From Octopus sinensis (lineage: Eukaryota), in the NCBI RefSeq assembly GCF_006345805.1, contig NC_043004.1:372001-436000 (forward strand): a stretch of DNA of 64,000 nt, written 5' to 3'. How positions within the stretch are numbered: position 1 is the first letter of the stretch; every line of letters starts with the position of its first letter. The translations under genes were made by a program, and so were the position numbers. The notes under the pieces are model-generated. The model was not told where the DNA came from, ran no database searches, and worked only from the letters and a program-made list of their open reading frames with translations. This document shows positions 1-11,569 of this stretch, one piece after another.

Positions 1-1574
1 TTTATGGTATGACATCAGATTTGTTCTCATAATCATTCAACATCCATTTCCCATGCTGACATGGGTCGGATGGCTTAACCGGAGCTGGTGAGCCAGGGAA
101 ATCCACTCTCAAGTCTTTGGTCAGTTTGTGGCAACATAAGAGGAAACACTTGCTCAAAGTGCCATGCAGTGGAACTGAACCCAAGACCACACAGCTGTGT
201 CTTTCTACACATTAGGCAAAAAAGGTAAATGAGTCCTCGTTCAGTTTCAATGATGTGTATTTCAGTTATTCAAACAATGAAATTACCTACTCATTGACTC
301 ATAGTGTATGTGGCTGAGTACACCACAGCTACACATAACCTTCACTTAATTCTCAGACTGTGCAAGAAAAAGCAGACATTTTGAATTACAAACACAGTTC
401 ATCTGATAAGCTTCCATTAAAAAAACACCACACACATGCATGCATCCATCAATAATGGATAGAACAGATAAAGATCCTTCCCAAGTCATACAGATTCAAT
501 GGAGCATATATTTTCCTCTCCAAGAGGATGCTGCCAGTCCTGTTGAAGGGGAAAATATATGTGCCATGGGGAAAATGTGCCACATGTGTCACAGAATTAC
601 TCACTTTCTCCAACTGAGTGGACTGGAGCTACATGAAATGAAGTGTCTTGCTCAAGAACACAACACATCACCAGCACTAGGAATCAAAACCACAATCTTA
701 GGATCATGAGCCCCAAACCCTAACTGCTAAGCCAAATGTACCTCACACACCAACGTGCATGCACATACTCAGACATTTCTTTATCTAGCTGACCTATATG
801 CAAGAGATTAAGGGATCACATCAAACTGCTACTAATTTTAAAGTCTACTGCTTCTTGTATCATCTCCACTTGTTCCTGTTGTCAACCCTCACCAGTTTCC
901 AAGCAAGGAAGTATTTTCCCGTGGCCGGACATGTTTTTGTAGAATACTGGAAATGAATGATATTCATTTAAAACAATCAAACAATGTCAAGACAAGGATG
1001 GACACACACACATTCTTTTCAGAGTCTTTTCTTTACTTTTACTTGTTTCAGTCATTTGACTGCGGCCATGCTGGAGCACGGCCTTTAGTCAAACAAATTG
1101 ACCCCAGGACTTATTCTTTGTAAAACCTAGTACTTATTTTATCAGGCTCTTTTGATGAACCACTAAGTTACAGGGACATAAACACACTAACATCAGTTGT
1201 CAAGAGATGATGGGGGTGGTAAACACACACACACATATATATATGACAGGCTTCTTTTAGTTTCCGTCTGCCAAATCCACTCACAAGGTTTTGGAAGGCC
1301 CAAGGCTATAGTAGAAAATACTTGCCCGAGGTGCCATGCAGTGGGACTGAACCTGGAACCATGTGGTTGGGAAGCAAGTTTCTTACCATTCAGCCATGCC
1401 TGCATCTATATTTACTTTATACACAACAGGCTTCAATCAGTTTCCATCTACCAAATTCGAAATCGTTCACAAGGCTTTGATCAGCCTAGGGCTACAGGAG
1501 AAGACACTTGCTGAAGGTATCACACAGTGGGACTGAACTTGAAACCATGTGGTTGGGAGGCAAGCTTCTCAATA

Positions 1575-2142
1575 CACATACACACACACATCATAGAATC
1601 ACATATACAACATAGAATTACACACACACCTCACAGAATCACACACACACACATTATAGAATCACACACACACATAGAATCACATACACATCATAAAATC
1701 ACACACACGTCACAGAATCACACAGACACACACATGTCACAGAATCACACACATACACACATCATAGAATCACACACACACAATCATAGAATCACACACA
1801 CACAATCACAATCACACACACATAAAATCACACACACATCATAGAATCACACACACATCATAGAATCACATACACACATAAAATCACATACACACACAAT
1901 CATAGAATCACACACACACACATCATAGAGTCACACACACATCATAGAATCACACACACACGTCTCAGAATCACACAGAAACACACACACACATCATAGA
2001 ATCACACACACACACATAAAACCACACACACACAATCATAGAATCACACACACACACAGAATGACACACACATCATAGAATCACACACACACATAAAACC
2101 ACACACACATAGAATGACACGCACATAGAATCACACACATCA
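1575..2142. repeat. Compound (CA)n / CATCATAGAAT minisatellite
   Basis: Repeated catagaatcacacacac units with variable CA number. Confidence 0.9.
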
Positions 2143-3315
2143 TAGGATGTTCTCTTAGACCAACCAAGAAATTCTTCCAATTTGTTGTTTCTCTGGTACT
2201 ATTTCAACTTTGGAATGATGTCAACAGTTTTAAAATAATATTTTCTAAGAATCTCCATGTCTGTAGCAACTGACGTTGTGGAAAACCAAACACACACACA
2301 CACAAAGACAAACAGCAACAGAAACACCAACAAAAAGGGAAAAAAACACATACAAAATACAAAAAAAAACACATAAAAAAAGAAATAATATAGAATAGTG
2401 TGGGAGTTTGGAAAGGGAAAACAAAAAACAAAAGTAGACAAACTAACAAAGTAAAAAAAAAAGAAAAACCTAACATAACATTGTAACATAAGTGAAAGTT
2501 GTTGAAGTCCAGATTGGATCTGCGGACCAGGCATCTGCAGCTGAGAGAAAGCTGTTAGTTCATTATCTTCATGTTCAGAAGAAACAATCCGAAAACAACC
2601 ACCAACCTCACTACAGCCTCCACCACCATCACTACCATCACTGTCATTATCAACACCACCTCAAACACCAACAGCATATAAACTTTCACGTATACCCCTA
2701 TATATCTCCAAACACACACAAACACACAACACCAAGTCTCCCAACACTCAAAGCTTTATTTTTCTACTTCATAACTCCATACTGCAAAAGTAAAAACTAT
2801 TAGTGTTCTCATCTTGGGAGTTTGTTTATAGAGAAATTCGAGAAAAAATGAGGAGGGGAAAAAGAAAAGGAAGATGGGGAAAGTAAAAAAACATAAGAAA
2901 AAAGATCTGAAATAAACAACAAATGAAGATGTCATGTTAACTTTCTGTACATATGTAAGTAAACTGACTTCAATAAAAACACAATAAATTACATTAATGA
3001 CATCTTTTCACTGAGTTTCATGATGTCTCTTTACTATGTATACATTGAGATGGTACTGTTGGTGTTGATGTCGCTGTTTAGCTCTAAGGCAGCCTCAATG
3101 AAGCAGACAATCTAAAGTATTCAAAGACACGAGTGTCTAGTTTTTTTTTTTCCCCAAACACTGTGTGTCCTAGACTACATTATCCAATGTGTCCTCTGAC
3201 CATTTTTAAGGGGATAGAGTGGGATATGCGATATATTTTGCAGCTATTTCTAGCAAGGTCAAGTGACCATACAGACTTTGTTACAGGTTAATCAGATATA
3301 TATATATGTGTGTGT

Positions 3316-3625
3316 GGAGGCGCAATGGCCCAATGGTTAGGGCAGCGGACTCATGGTTGTAGGATAGCGGTTTCGATTCCCAGACCGGGCGTTGTGAGTG
3401 TTTATTGAGCGAAACACCTAAAGCTCCACAAAGCTCCGGCAGGGGCTGGTGGCAATCCCTGCTGTACTCTTTCGCTACAACTTTCTCTCACTCTTTCTTC
3501 TGTTGGCCTGCCCGCTTAGCCAGCAGGGTGGCGTCATTTGAAGGCTAACGCAATGCGAAGCACATTGTGACCAGCGATGTGTAGCAACATCTGATAGCCT
3601 GGCTGGTCACAGTGATCACAGTGAT
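3316..3625 (+). mobile_element. tRNA-derived SINE with well-preserved pol III head
   Basis: A-box-like TGGCCCAATGGTTAGG and B-box GGTTTCGATTCCC (3369-3381), followed by a non-tRNA body. Confidence 0.75.
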
Positions 3626-3683
3626 TATATATATTATATATTATATATATATAAAGTATATATTATATATATATGTACATATG

Positions 3684-3732
<49 letters not shown>

Positions 3733-3739
3733 TAGATAG

Positions 3740-3783
<44 letters not shown>

Positions 3784-4900
3784 TATGTATTTATTTATAT
3801 ATATGATATGTGTGGTATGCATGCATATATTATATATATATATATATAATATATATTAGCAATGTCTTCTCACTTATATGTGTCAATAGACACCACCACC
3901 CCCCAGGTGTGGTAATAGGCTTCTTTCAGTTTCCATCTATCAAATCCATGCCACTCAATAGGTTTTGGTCAGCCAGGGTCTAGAATAGAAAACACTTGCT
4001 GACGGTGCTACACAGTGGCACTGAACTCAAAACCACATGGTTGGGAAGCAAGCTCTTGAACCACAGAGCCACCATAAATCTGGGAGGCTTTTACTTCAAA
4101 TGTGGACGCTTTAGAATAGGCAGTCAGCATTATTGTATGGTACCTGATGCAAGATGAATTTTTATTGTTACCTCATTGTATAGGAACTCAACCAAATTTG
4201 ATGATTTGGGGAAAAAATTAAAAACTCTTTTTTTTTTTGTCTTTACAGTCTACCAGTTTGCATAAAGACTAGGTTTTATTTGGTGTTAAAAAGGAATTCT
4301 TCCTCCAACAAGCCACGTTCAGCCTTTTTTTAGCACATTACTAAGTTATGATTAATAACAGTGGTTGAGAGAGATGTTTAACCAAATAAGTATTACACAA
4401 TTTAATTTGATTATTCTAACCACATGGCTTAATGGTTAGGATGTTGTGCTCACGATTGCCAGATCAAAGGTTCAATTCGTGAACTGGGCAGTATGATGTG
4501 TTCTTGAGCAAAACACTTCATGTAATTCTAGTGCTGCGTGGGCATCGGCATGTCAAAGAATAGACCCAACGATTCTTCTGTATGTCATGCAAAGGTAACT
4601 AAAAGAGGTTGATGTAGGGTTTGCACTCTGACCTTGTAAAACCCTCACCAGCAACAACTACACAAAACAGACCCATAGATTGAAGGGTTATCACCTGAGT
4701 GGTGCTAAGATGTCATCCACAAGAAGTGGTAGGGAATCACCAACAAAATGGTAGATGCAGGGACACGCTGTTACAGCACATATTCCCATGCTACTATTAC
4801 AGCCCTAGGTTTTGAGAGCGTATGTATGCATATATATATAAAAGCGTATGTATGCATATATATATAAAAGTGTGTGTGTGTGCATGCGTGCGTGTGTGTG

Positions 4901-5525
4901 TACAGGATGCAGTGAATAAATTGTCGTCTAAATTACGCAAAAATAAAAATAACACTGACATCTCATTTTAACTGACATATTTACCAAAATTACATTAAAA
5001 TATCTTGAAATACTAAAGAGTAAATTTATTCAATAAGATTGACATTGGCTTCAACCACAGCCTCCAGACGACTTTAGAATCTCCTGCAACTCTTCTGGGT
5101 GGTCTCCTTATTTAAGCTGGTGAATGCTGCCATAATCTTTGCCTTCAGTTCATCTTTGGTATTACAAGGAATTTTGTTGGTCTCTTGCTCAACTGCACAC
5201 CACACATAATAAACAAGGGGGTTGCAGTCTGGGGAGTGGCCAGATGTTATGGGTGATGTGGTTGTAGAAATTGTCTGACAGCCATGACTGGGTTCTCCTT
5301 GCTTGTGTGGCATGGTGCAGAGTCCTGTTGCCAGACATAGGGTCTTCCAGCAGCACACCCTTTTGGCCCAGGGCAGCACTACCTCCTCCAGACACTTGAT
5401 GTAGGCCTCTGTGTTGAGACAGAGGCCATGTAGGAAGATGAACGGAGGCATGAGGTCACCATCACTAGTGATCACTCCAAACACCATGAAGTTGACTGGA
5501 TGTTTGATCTTTATCACTCTCAGTA
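4901..5525 (-). mobile_element. Tc1/mariner-superfamily transposon 3' remnant (frameshifted DDE/D transposase C-terminus plus terminal repeat)
   Basis: ORF 5074-5517 has MVFGVITSDG, PFIF and SPDCNPL-YYVW (the WP..SPD.NP motif). The element ends in TA-CAGGATG at ~4901. Confidence 0.85.
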
Positions 5526-5534
5526 CATGTCCTC

Positions 5535-5690
5535 AGCTGGGTTGGTAACAAAAGGATTAATCCGTTCTGTCAAAGAGCATAGGCTCGAAATGTAAAAGAC
5601 TTTTCCACTTTTCCAGAGCATTAAACTAATACACCTGCTTCTTGTTCCTACACCAGTCTTTGTCTTTTGTTTTCTGTAAATTTGAACTAC
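5535..5690 (+). mobile_element. Probable Penelope-type terminal remnant with decayed hammerhead-like motif
   Basis: CTGTCAA-A-GAGC(atag)GCTC-GAAA-TGTA at 5567-5594, followed by a pyrimidine-rich trailer. Confidence 0.4.
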
Positions 5691-6204
5691 ACACACACAT
5701 ATATTTTAACATATTAAAAAAATCCTTGATTTTCATATGTATATACATACACAGACAAACAAGATAGATATGCCCAAAACATCGAGTGCTGTGTTCAAGA
5801 CAACTTGAGGATCGTCAGTGACTAAATGAACAGTAAATGGGTGAGCAGGGTAGTAGAAGGGTAGGCTACCACTGGTGCAAATAGCTACAAGGACATGCGG
5901 CAACGTGACATGCGGTAGCAGTAGTGGTGGTGGCAGTGGTGACAACAGCAGCAGCAGCAGCAGCAGTCTGCCATAGCTCCACATTTAACAATAAGTCGAC
6001 ATTTATGTATTAAAAGCATCTGTAAATGTGTGCATGTGTGAGAATGTATGAGTGCACATCTGTTTAGCACAAATTTAAACACATGACACACACACACACA
6101 CACATGCACACACACACCTGATCACTCATTCATTCAAAAACAGTTTTATTTCATTGGTGCTACAAATCTTTCATTATACACATGCAGCTGCACAACCAAA
6201 TGCA

Positions 6205-6261
6205 CATAAAAATATATATATAATATATATAATATATATATATATATAAATATAAATAAAA

Positions 6262-6293
<32 letters not shown>

Positions 6294-6361
6294 TAAATAA
6301 ATATAATATATATATATATATATATATATAGATATATAATATATATATATATAAATATAAT

Positions 6362-6403
<42 letters not shown>

Positions 6404-6414
6404 AAATATAAATA

Positions 6415-6454
<40 letters not shown>

Positions 6455-6464
6455 TAAATAAAAA

Positions 6465-6509
<45 letters not shown>

Positions 6510-6516
6510 ATATATA
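6205..6516. repeat. AT-only (TA)n/TAAA microsatellite
   Basis: Direct inspection. Confidence 0.95.
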
Positions 6517-7268
6517 GGTTCATAACTAATGTCGAGAATAGCAACAAAGACAAATTTTAAAAAACGTTTAAAACAGTTGTTTGACACCAAGTGAGAGATT
6601 AAGGAAGTCAAAATGTTGTTGAAATTTCAAGTTTAAACTCTTGTTCAGAAAGTGACATTATTATTAGATGAGAGGAAATTATAGAGGCGGGGGGGGGGCA
6701 GTGTGAGTGTGAATAATAGAGAAACTTATGTGAATGTATCTGTATTTATATCTCTGTGTGTGTACGGATAAACACACACATACATTATATATATATATGT
6801 ACGTATGTATATCATCATCATCATCGTTGTCATCATCGTTTAACATCCACTTTCCAAGCTGGCATGGGTTGGATGGTTTCACTGAGGACTGACTGGCAAG
6901 CCAGGAGGCTGCACCACGCTCTAATATGCTCAGGCAAGGTGTCTACAGTTGATGCCCTTCCTAATGCCAACCAGTCCGAGAGTGCAGTGGGTGCTTTTTA
7001 TGTGCCACCGACATGGGAGCCAGTCTGGTGCTTTTCACGTGCCACTACCACAATATATATATATATATATGGGTGCAGTTCTGGTTTTAATAGGCACAGA
7101 CATGGCTGTGTGGTTAAGAAGCCTGTTTCCTAACTATGTCATCTTGGGTTCAATCCCATTGTGCAGCCCCTTAGGAAAGTATCTTCTACAACAGTCCTGG
7201 GCCAATCAAGGTCTTGTAAGTGAGTAAAAGGAAGCTGAAGAAAGACCATATGTGTGTGTATGTGTATT

Positions 7269-7300
<32 letters not shown>

Positions 7301-7494
7301 CATACACAGATACATACCAAAAGCTTGATAGACCAATGAATATAGGATATTGGTAAGTTTGAAGAATCGAAAGAGCAGAATATTGAAAATTTGAAATGAA
7401 ACCTCAAAATGACAAAGGCTAAAACAACACCATCATCATCATCATCATTTAACACCAGTTTTACATATTATGACCAACTGGACAGTTTGACAGG

Positions 7495-8580
7495 AGCTGG
7501 CAAGGCCAGGAATTAGCAAGGTCAGGAGCTGGCAAGGCCAGGAGCCAGTAAGGCCAGGAGCCAGCAAGGCCAGGAGCTGACAAGGCCAAGAGACAGCAAG
7601 GCCAGGAGCCAGCAAGGTCGGAGCTGGTAAGGCCAGGAGCCAGTAAGGCCAGGAGCCGGTAAGGCCAGGAGCCAGCAAGGTCATGAGCTGTAAGGCCAGG
7701 AGCCAGCAAGGTCAGGAGTTGGTAAGGCCAAGTGCCAGCAGGGTCAGAAGCCGGCAAGGCCAGGAAGCAGCAAGGTCCAGAGCTGGTAAGGCCAGGAGCC
7801 AGCAACGCTAGGAGCTAGCAAGGCCAGGAGCTGATAAGGCCAGGTGCCAGGAAGGTCCAGAGCTGGTAAAGCCAGGAGCCAGCAAGGCCAGGAGCCAGCA
7901 AGGCCAGGAGCCAGCAAGGTCAGGAGCCAGCAAGGCCAGGAGCCAGCAAGGCCAGGAACTGGTAAGGTCAGGAGCTGTAAGGTCAGGAGCTGTAAGGCCA
8001 GGAGCCAGCAAGGTCAGGAGCTGGTAAGGTCAGGAGCTGGTACGGCCAGGGGCTGGTAAGGTCAGGAGCTGGTAAGGCCAGGAGCCAGCAAGGCCAGGAG
8101 GCAGCAAGGCCAGGAGCCAGCAAGGCCAGGAACTGGTAAGGTCAGGAGCTGGTAAGGTCAGGAGTTGGTAAAGCCAGGAGCCAGCAAGGTCAGGAGCCTG
8201 CAAGGCCAGGAGCCAGCAAGGTCAGGAGCTGGTAAGGCCAAGTGCCAGCAAGATCAGGAGCTGGCAAGGCCAGGAACCAGCAAGGCCAGGAGCCAGCAAG
8301 GCCAGGAGCTAGCAAGGCCAAGAGCTGGTAAGGCCAGGTGCCAGCAAAGTCCAGAGCTGGTAAGGCCAGGAGCCACCAAGGCCAGGAGCCACCAAGGCCA
8401 GGAGCCACCAAGGCCAGGAGCCACCAAGGCCAGGAGCCACCAAGGCCAGGAGCCACCAAGGCCAGGAGCCACCAAGGCCAGGAGCCACCAAGGCCAGGAG
8501 CCACCAAGGCCAGGAGCTGGTAAGGTCAGGAGTTGGTAAGGTCAGGAGCTAGTAAGGCCAGGAGCCAGCAAGGCCAAGAG
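7495..8580. repeat. GC-rich 16-bp minisatellite (AAGGCCAGGAGCCAGC and variants), ~1.1 kb, inside a minus-strand RTE tail
   Basis: Perfect AAGGCCAGGAGCCACC repeats at ~8360-8515. Both flanks (7430-7495 and 8580-8680) are parts of the RTE tail repeat. Confidence 0.95.
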
Positions 8581-10129
8581 CCATAGTCAGTTTTGGCATG
8601 GCTTCTACAGCTGGATGGCCTTCCTAATGCCAACCACCTTATAGTGTGTTGGCTGTGTCTTACATGGCACCAGCATCAAGAGAATCACCAAAGATGAAAA
8701 ATAATAAGAAGAATGGTCTTAAAATATACTTATCTACAACTTTGAAAAACTCACAGAACAATTAAAGAAACATTAGAGCACATTTACCAAAACAGAAGTT
8801 GTTTTGCAAAGATATGACAGGAAAGACAATATCACCACCACCATCATCATCATCATTTAATATCCACCCTTCCATGCTTGCTGGGGTCGGATGAAATTCG
8901 CTGAGGTGGATTTTTTGCAATCGGATGCCCTTCCTGTTGCCAACCACAATCACTTATTTCCGAGCAAAGTAATGCTTCCCCATGATATGGCATGTTTTTA
9001 TGGAAGACTGGAGATAAAGGACACTGCCTATATAACAGTGATGCTCATTTACAACTAGCACCCAAAATCAAGACAGGGAGACAGTAACACATGCATGTGT
9101 GTATATTTTGCAGAAAATAATAAAATCTTCAATGCAGAATAGCTGCAGGAAAAGGTAAGAAGATCAAGTTATTACCCTTAGAATATGGGAAATGTGGCCA
9201 GCAAGTTGCTACAGAAAATCAAAGCCTGCACTTTCAAATTCTAAGCTTTTTTTCGCAGTTATTCTGCATTCAAGATTTCCTTTCATCATCATTGTCATCG
9301 TTTAATGTCCATTTTCCATGCTGGCATGGACTGAACGGTTCAACTGGGGTCTGGGAAGCCAGGAGGCTGCACCAGGCTCCAATCTGATCTAGCAGTGTTT
9401 CTACAGCTGGATGCCTTTCCTAATGCCAACCACTCTCAGAATGTAGTGGCTGCTTTTTACATGCCACAGGCACAGGAGCCAGAGGAGCTAGCATCGACCA
9501 CGATCGGATGGTGCTTTTTATGTGCCGCTAGGTGGGAAAATTTTTTTTGTCTTCTGTAAAATAACAGATCACTCGGTGCTTCTAAGTTTGTTTCCACCCA
9601 TGCTAGCATGGAAGGTGGACGTTAAACAATGATGACGATGATGATGATGATATGGGAGACGTCTTTCAGTTTCCAAACCAGTATATCCACTCACAAGGCT
9701 CTGGTCAGCCCAGGGCCATATTAGGAGGCACTTCAGTTCAAGATGCTGAACAGTGGATCTGAACCCAGAATCATGTGATTAGGAAGCAAGCTTCTTACCA
9801 CACACCCACACCTGTGCCTGTATTGAAAACATAAATAGTTTATTTTTGAGAACTACAGCTGTTTAAATCCTCTCATTACTGAATATTTTCTTTCTTTCAA
9901 TACAAACAGACTGAATGTCTTGCAAAAAGAAAAAAGACAAAAAAGTATGCAATATGCAGCCATGAACATCACAACGCACCAGTTCTAAACCCCCGTCCCC
10001 CACACACTCCCCTTGAAATTTAAGAAATTTTATATCCAAACCTTTGCTTACAATTTCACAGAAGATTAACACAGATTAAGTTCTAGACATAAGCATACAT
10101 GTCGTTTGGTGTTTACATGTTCTTTTTCA

Positions 10130-10310
10130 TTATATATATATATATAACGGGAAGAAGGGAAGGGTGGTTTGAGCACCTGAAAAAATAATTACTGCTCAAA
10201 AACGATCATGTGTGTGTGTGTGTGTATGTGCATGTGTGTATATATATGTGTATGTGTATGTATGTGTGTGTGTGTGTGTATATATGTATGTATGTATGTA
10301 TGCATGTGTG

Positions 10311-10341
<31 letters not shown>

Positions 10342-10388
10342 ATGTATAAATAGATATGTATATATAGACAGATATGAATGTATGTATG

Positions 10389-10462
<74 letters not shown>

Positions 10463-10510
10463 CAGGCAGATAGATGGACAGATAGATATGCATATATAGA
10501 TAGATATGTG

Positions 10511-10565
<55 letters not shown>

Positions 10566-10571
10566 AGATCA

Positions 10572-10608
<37 letters not shown>

Positions 10609-10623
10609 CTAATAGATATACAC

Positions 10624-10658
<35 letters not shown>

Positions 10659-10695
10659 ATATATATATATAGATATATATATATATATTATATAT

Positions 10696-10764
<69 letters not shown>

Positions 10765-11057
10765 ATGCATACAAGTATGTATGTGATTTCAGTTTAGAGA
10801 GCAATATTAGTATTGAGGCTGTTTTCTGCATGCTGTACGTAGAATTAACAAATAAACTGACAAAGTAAATACAAGGCCTGACCTACTACACTATTAAAAG
10901 AGCATTTAGCAGTGAACTGATAAATACATGGCTGTTATCACTGAGCATTTAATAGCTACACAGGAAAGTAATCTACGGCCCATGTAATCTAAGCCCAGAA
11001 ACTAATCTATGGCCATGCATATATGCATACACCAATATATATATGTATATATATATA

Positions 11058-11128
<71 letters not shown>

Positions 11129-11446
11129 TAATATATATATATACATTATAAACATGCATACATGTATATATAAATACATATGTACACACATAAATATACA
11201 TACATATGTATATGCATATATATACACATATATATATATATATATATATAAAAAATATATATATATCTATATATATACATACATATACATATATATGTAT
11301 ACACCTATATACATATTCAATATATACACACACATATATACATATTCGCATGTATGTATACACATATATATACATATATACATATATTCACAGTATATAT
11401 TACACATATATACATATACACCTAATATATTTATATACGTATATAT

Positions 11447-11510
<64 letters not shown>

Positions 11511-11565
11511 ACATATACACACATATATATACGTATACATACACACATATATATACGTATACATA
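10130..11565. repeat. Clustered (TG)n, (GATA)n, (TA)n and (TACA)n microsatellites
   Basis: Direct inspection. They are the source of many spurious Y/I/H/T-rich ORFs. A short unique stretch lies at ~10790-11010. Confidence 0.9.
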
Positions 11566-11569
11566 CTGT

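Noticed and set aside
2199-2803. ORFs on both strands near 2.2-2.8 kb
   Set aside because: Low-complexity A-rich and CAC-rich sequence. The upstream frame is closed by TGA and nothing matches a known protein motif.
3316-3390. tRNA gene
   Set aside because: It has A/B boxes but no complete cloverleaf and continues into a SINE body. It is a SINE head, like the other tRNA-like heads.
7445-8539. Long ORFs on both strands across the 16-bp minisatellite
   Set aside because: They are open only because the repeat unit lacks stops in several frames. There is no splice context or recognisable domain.
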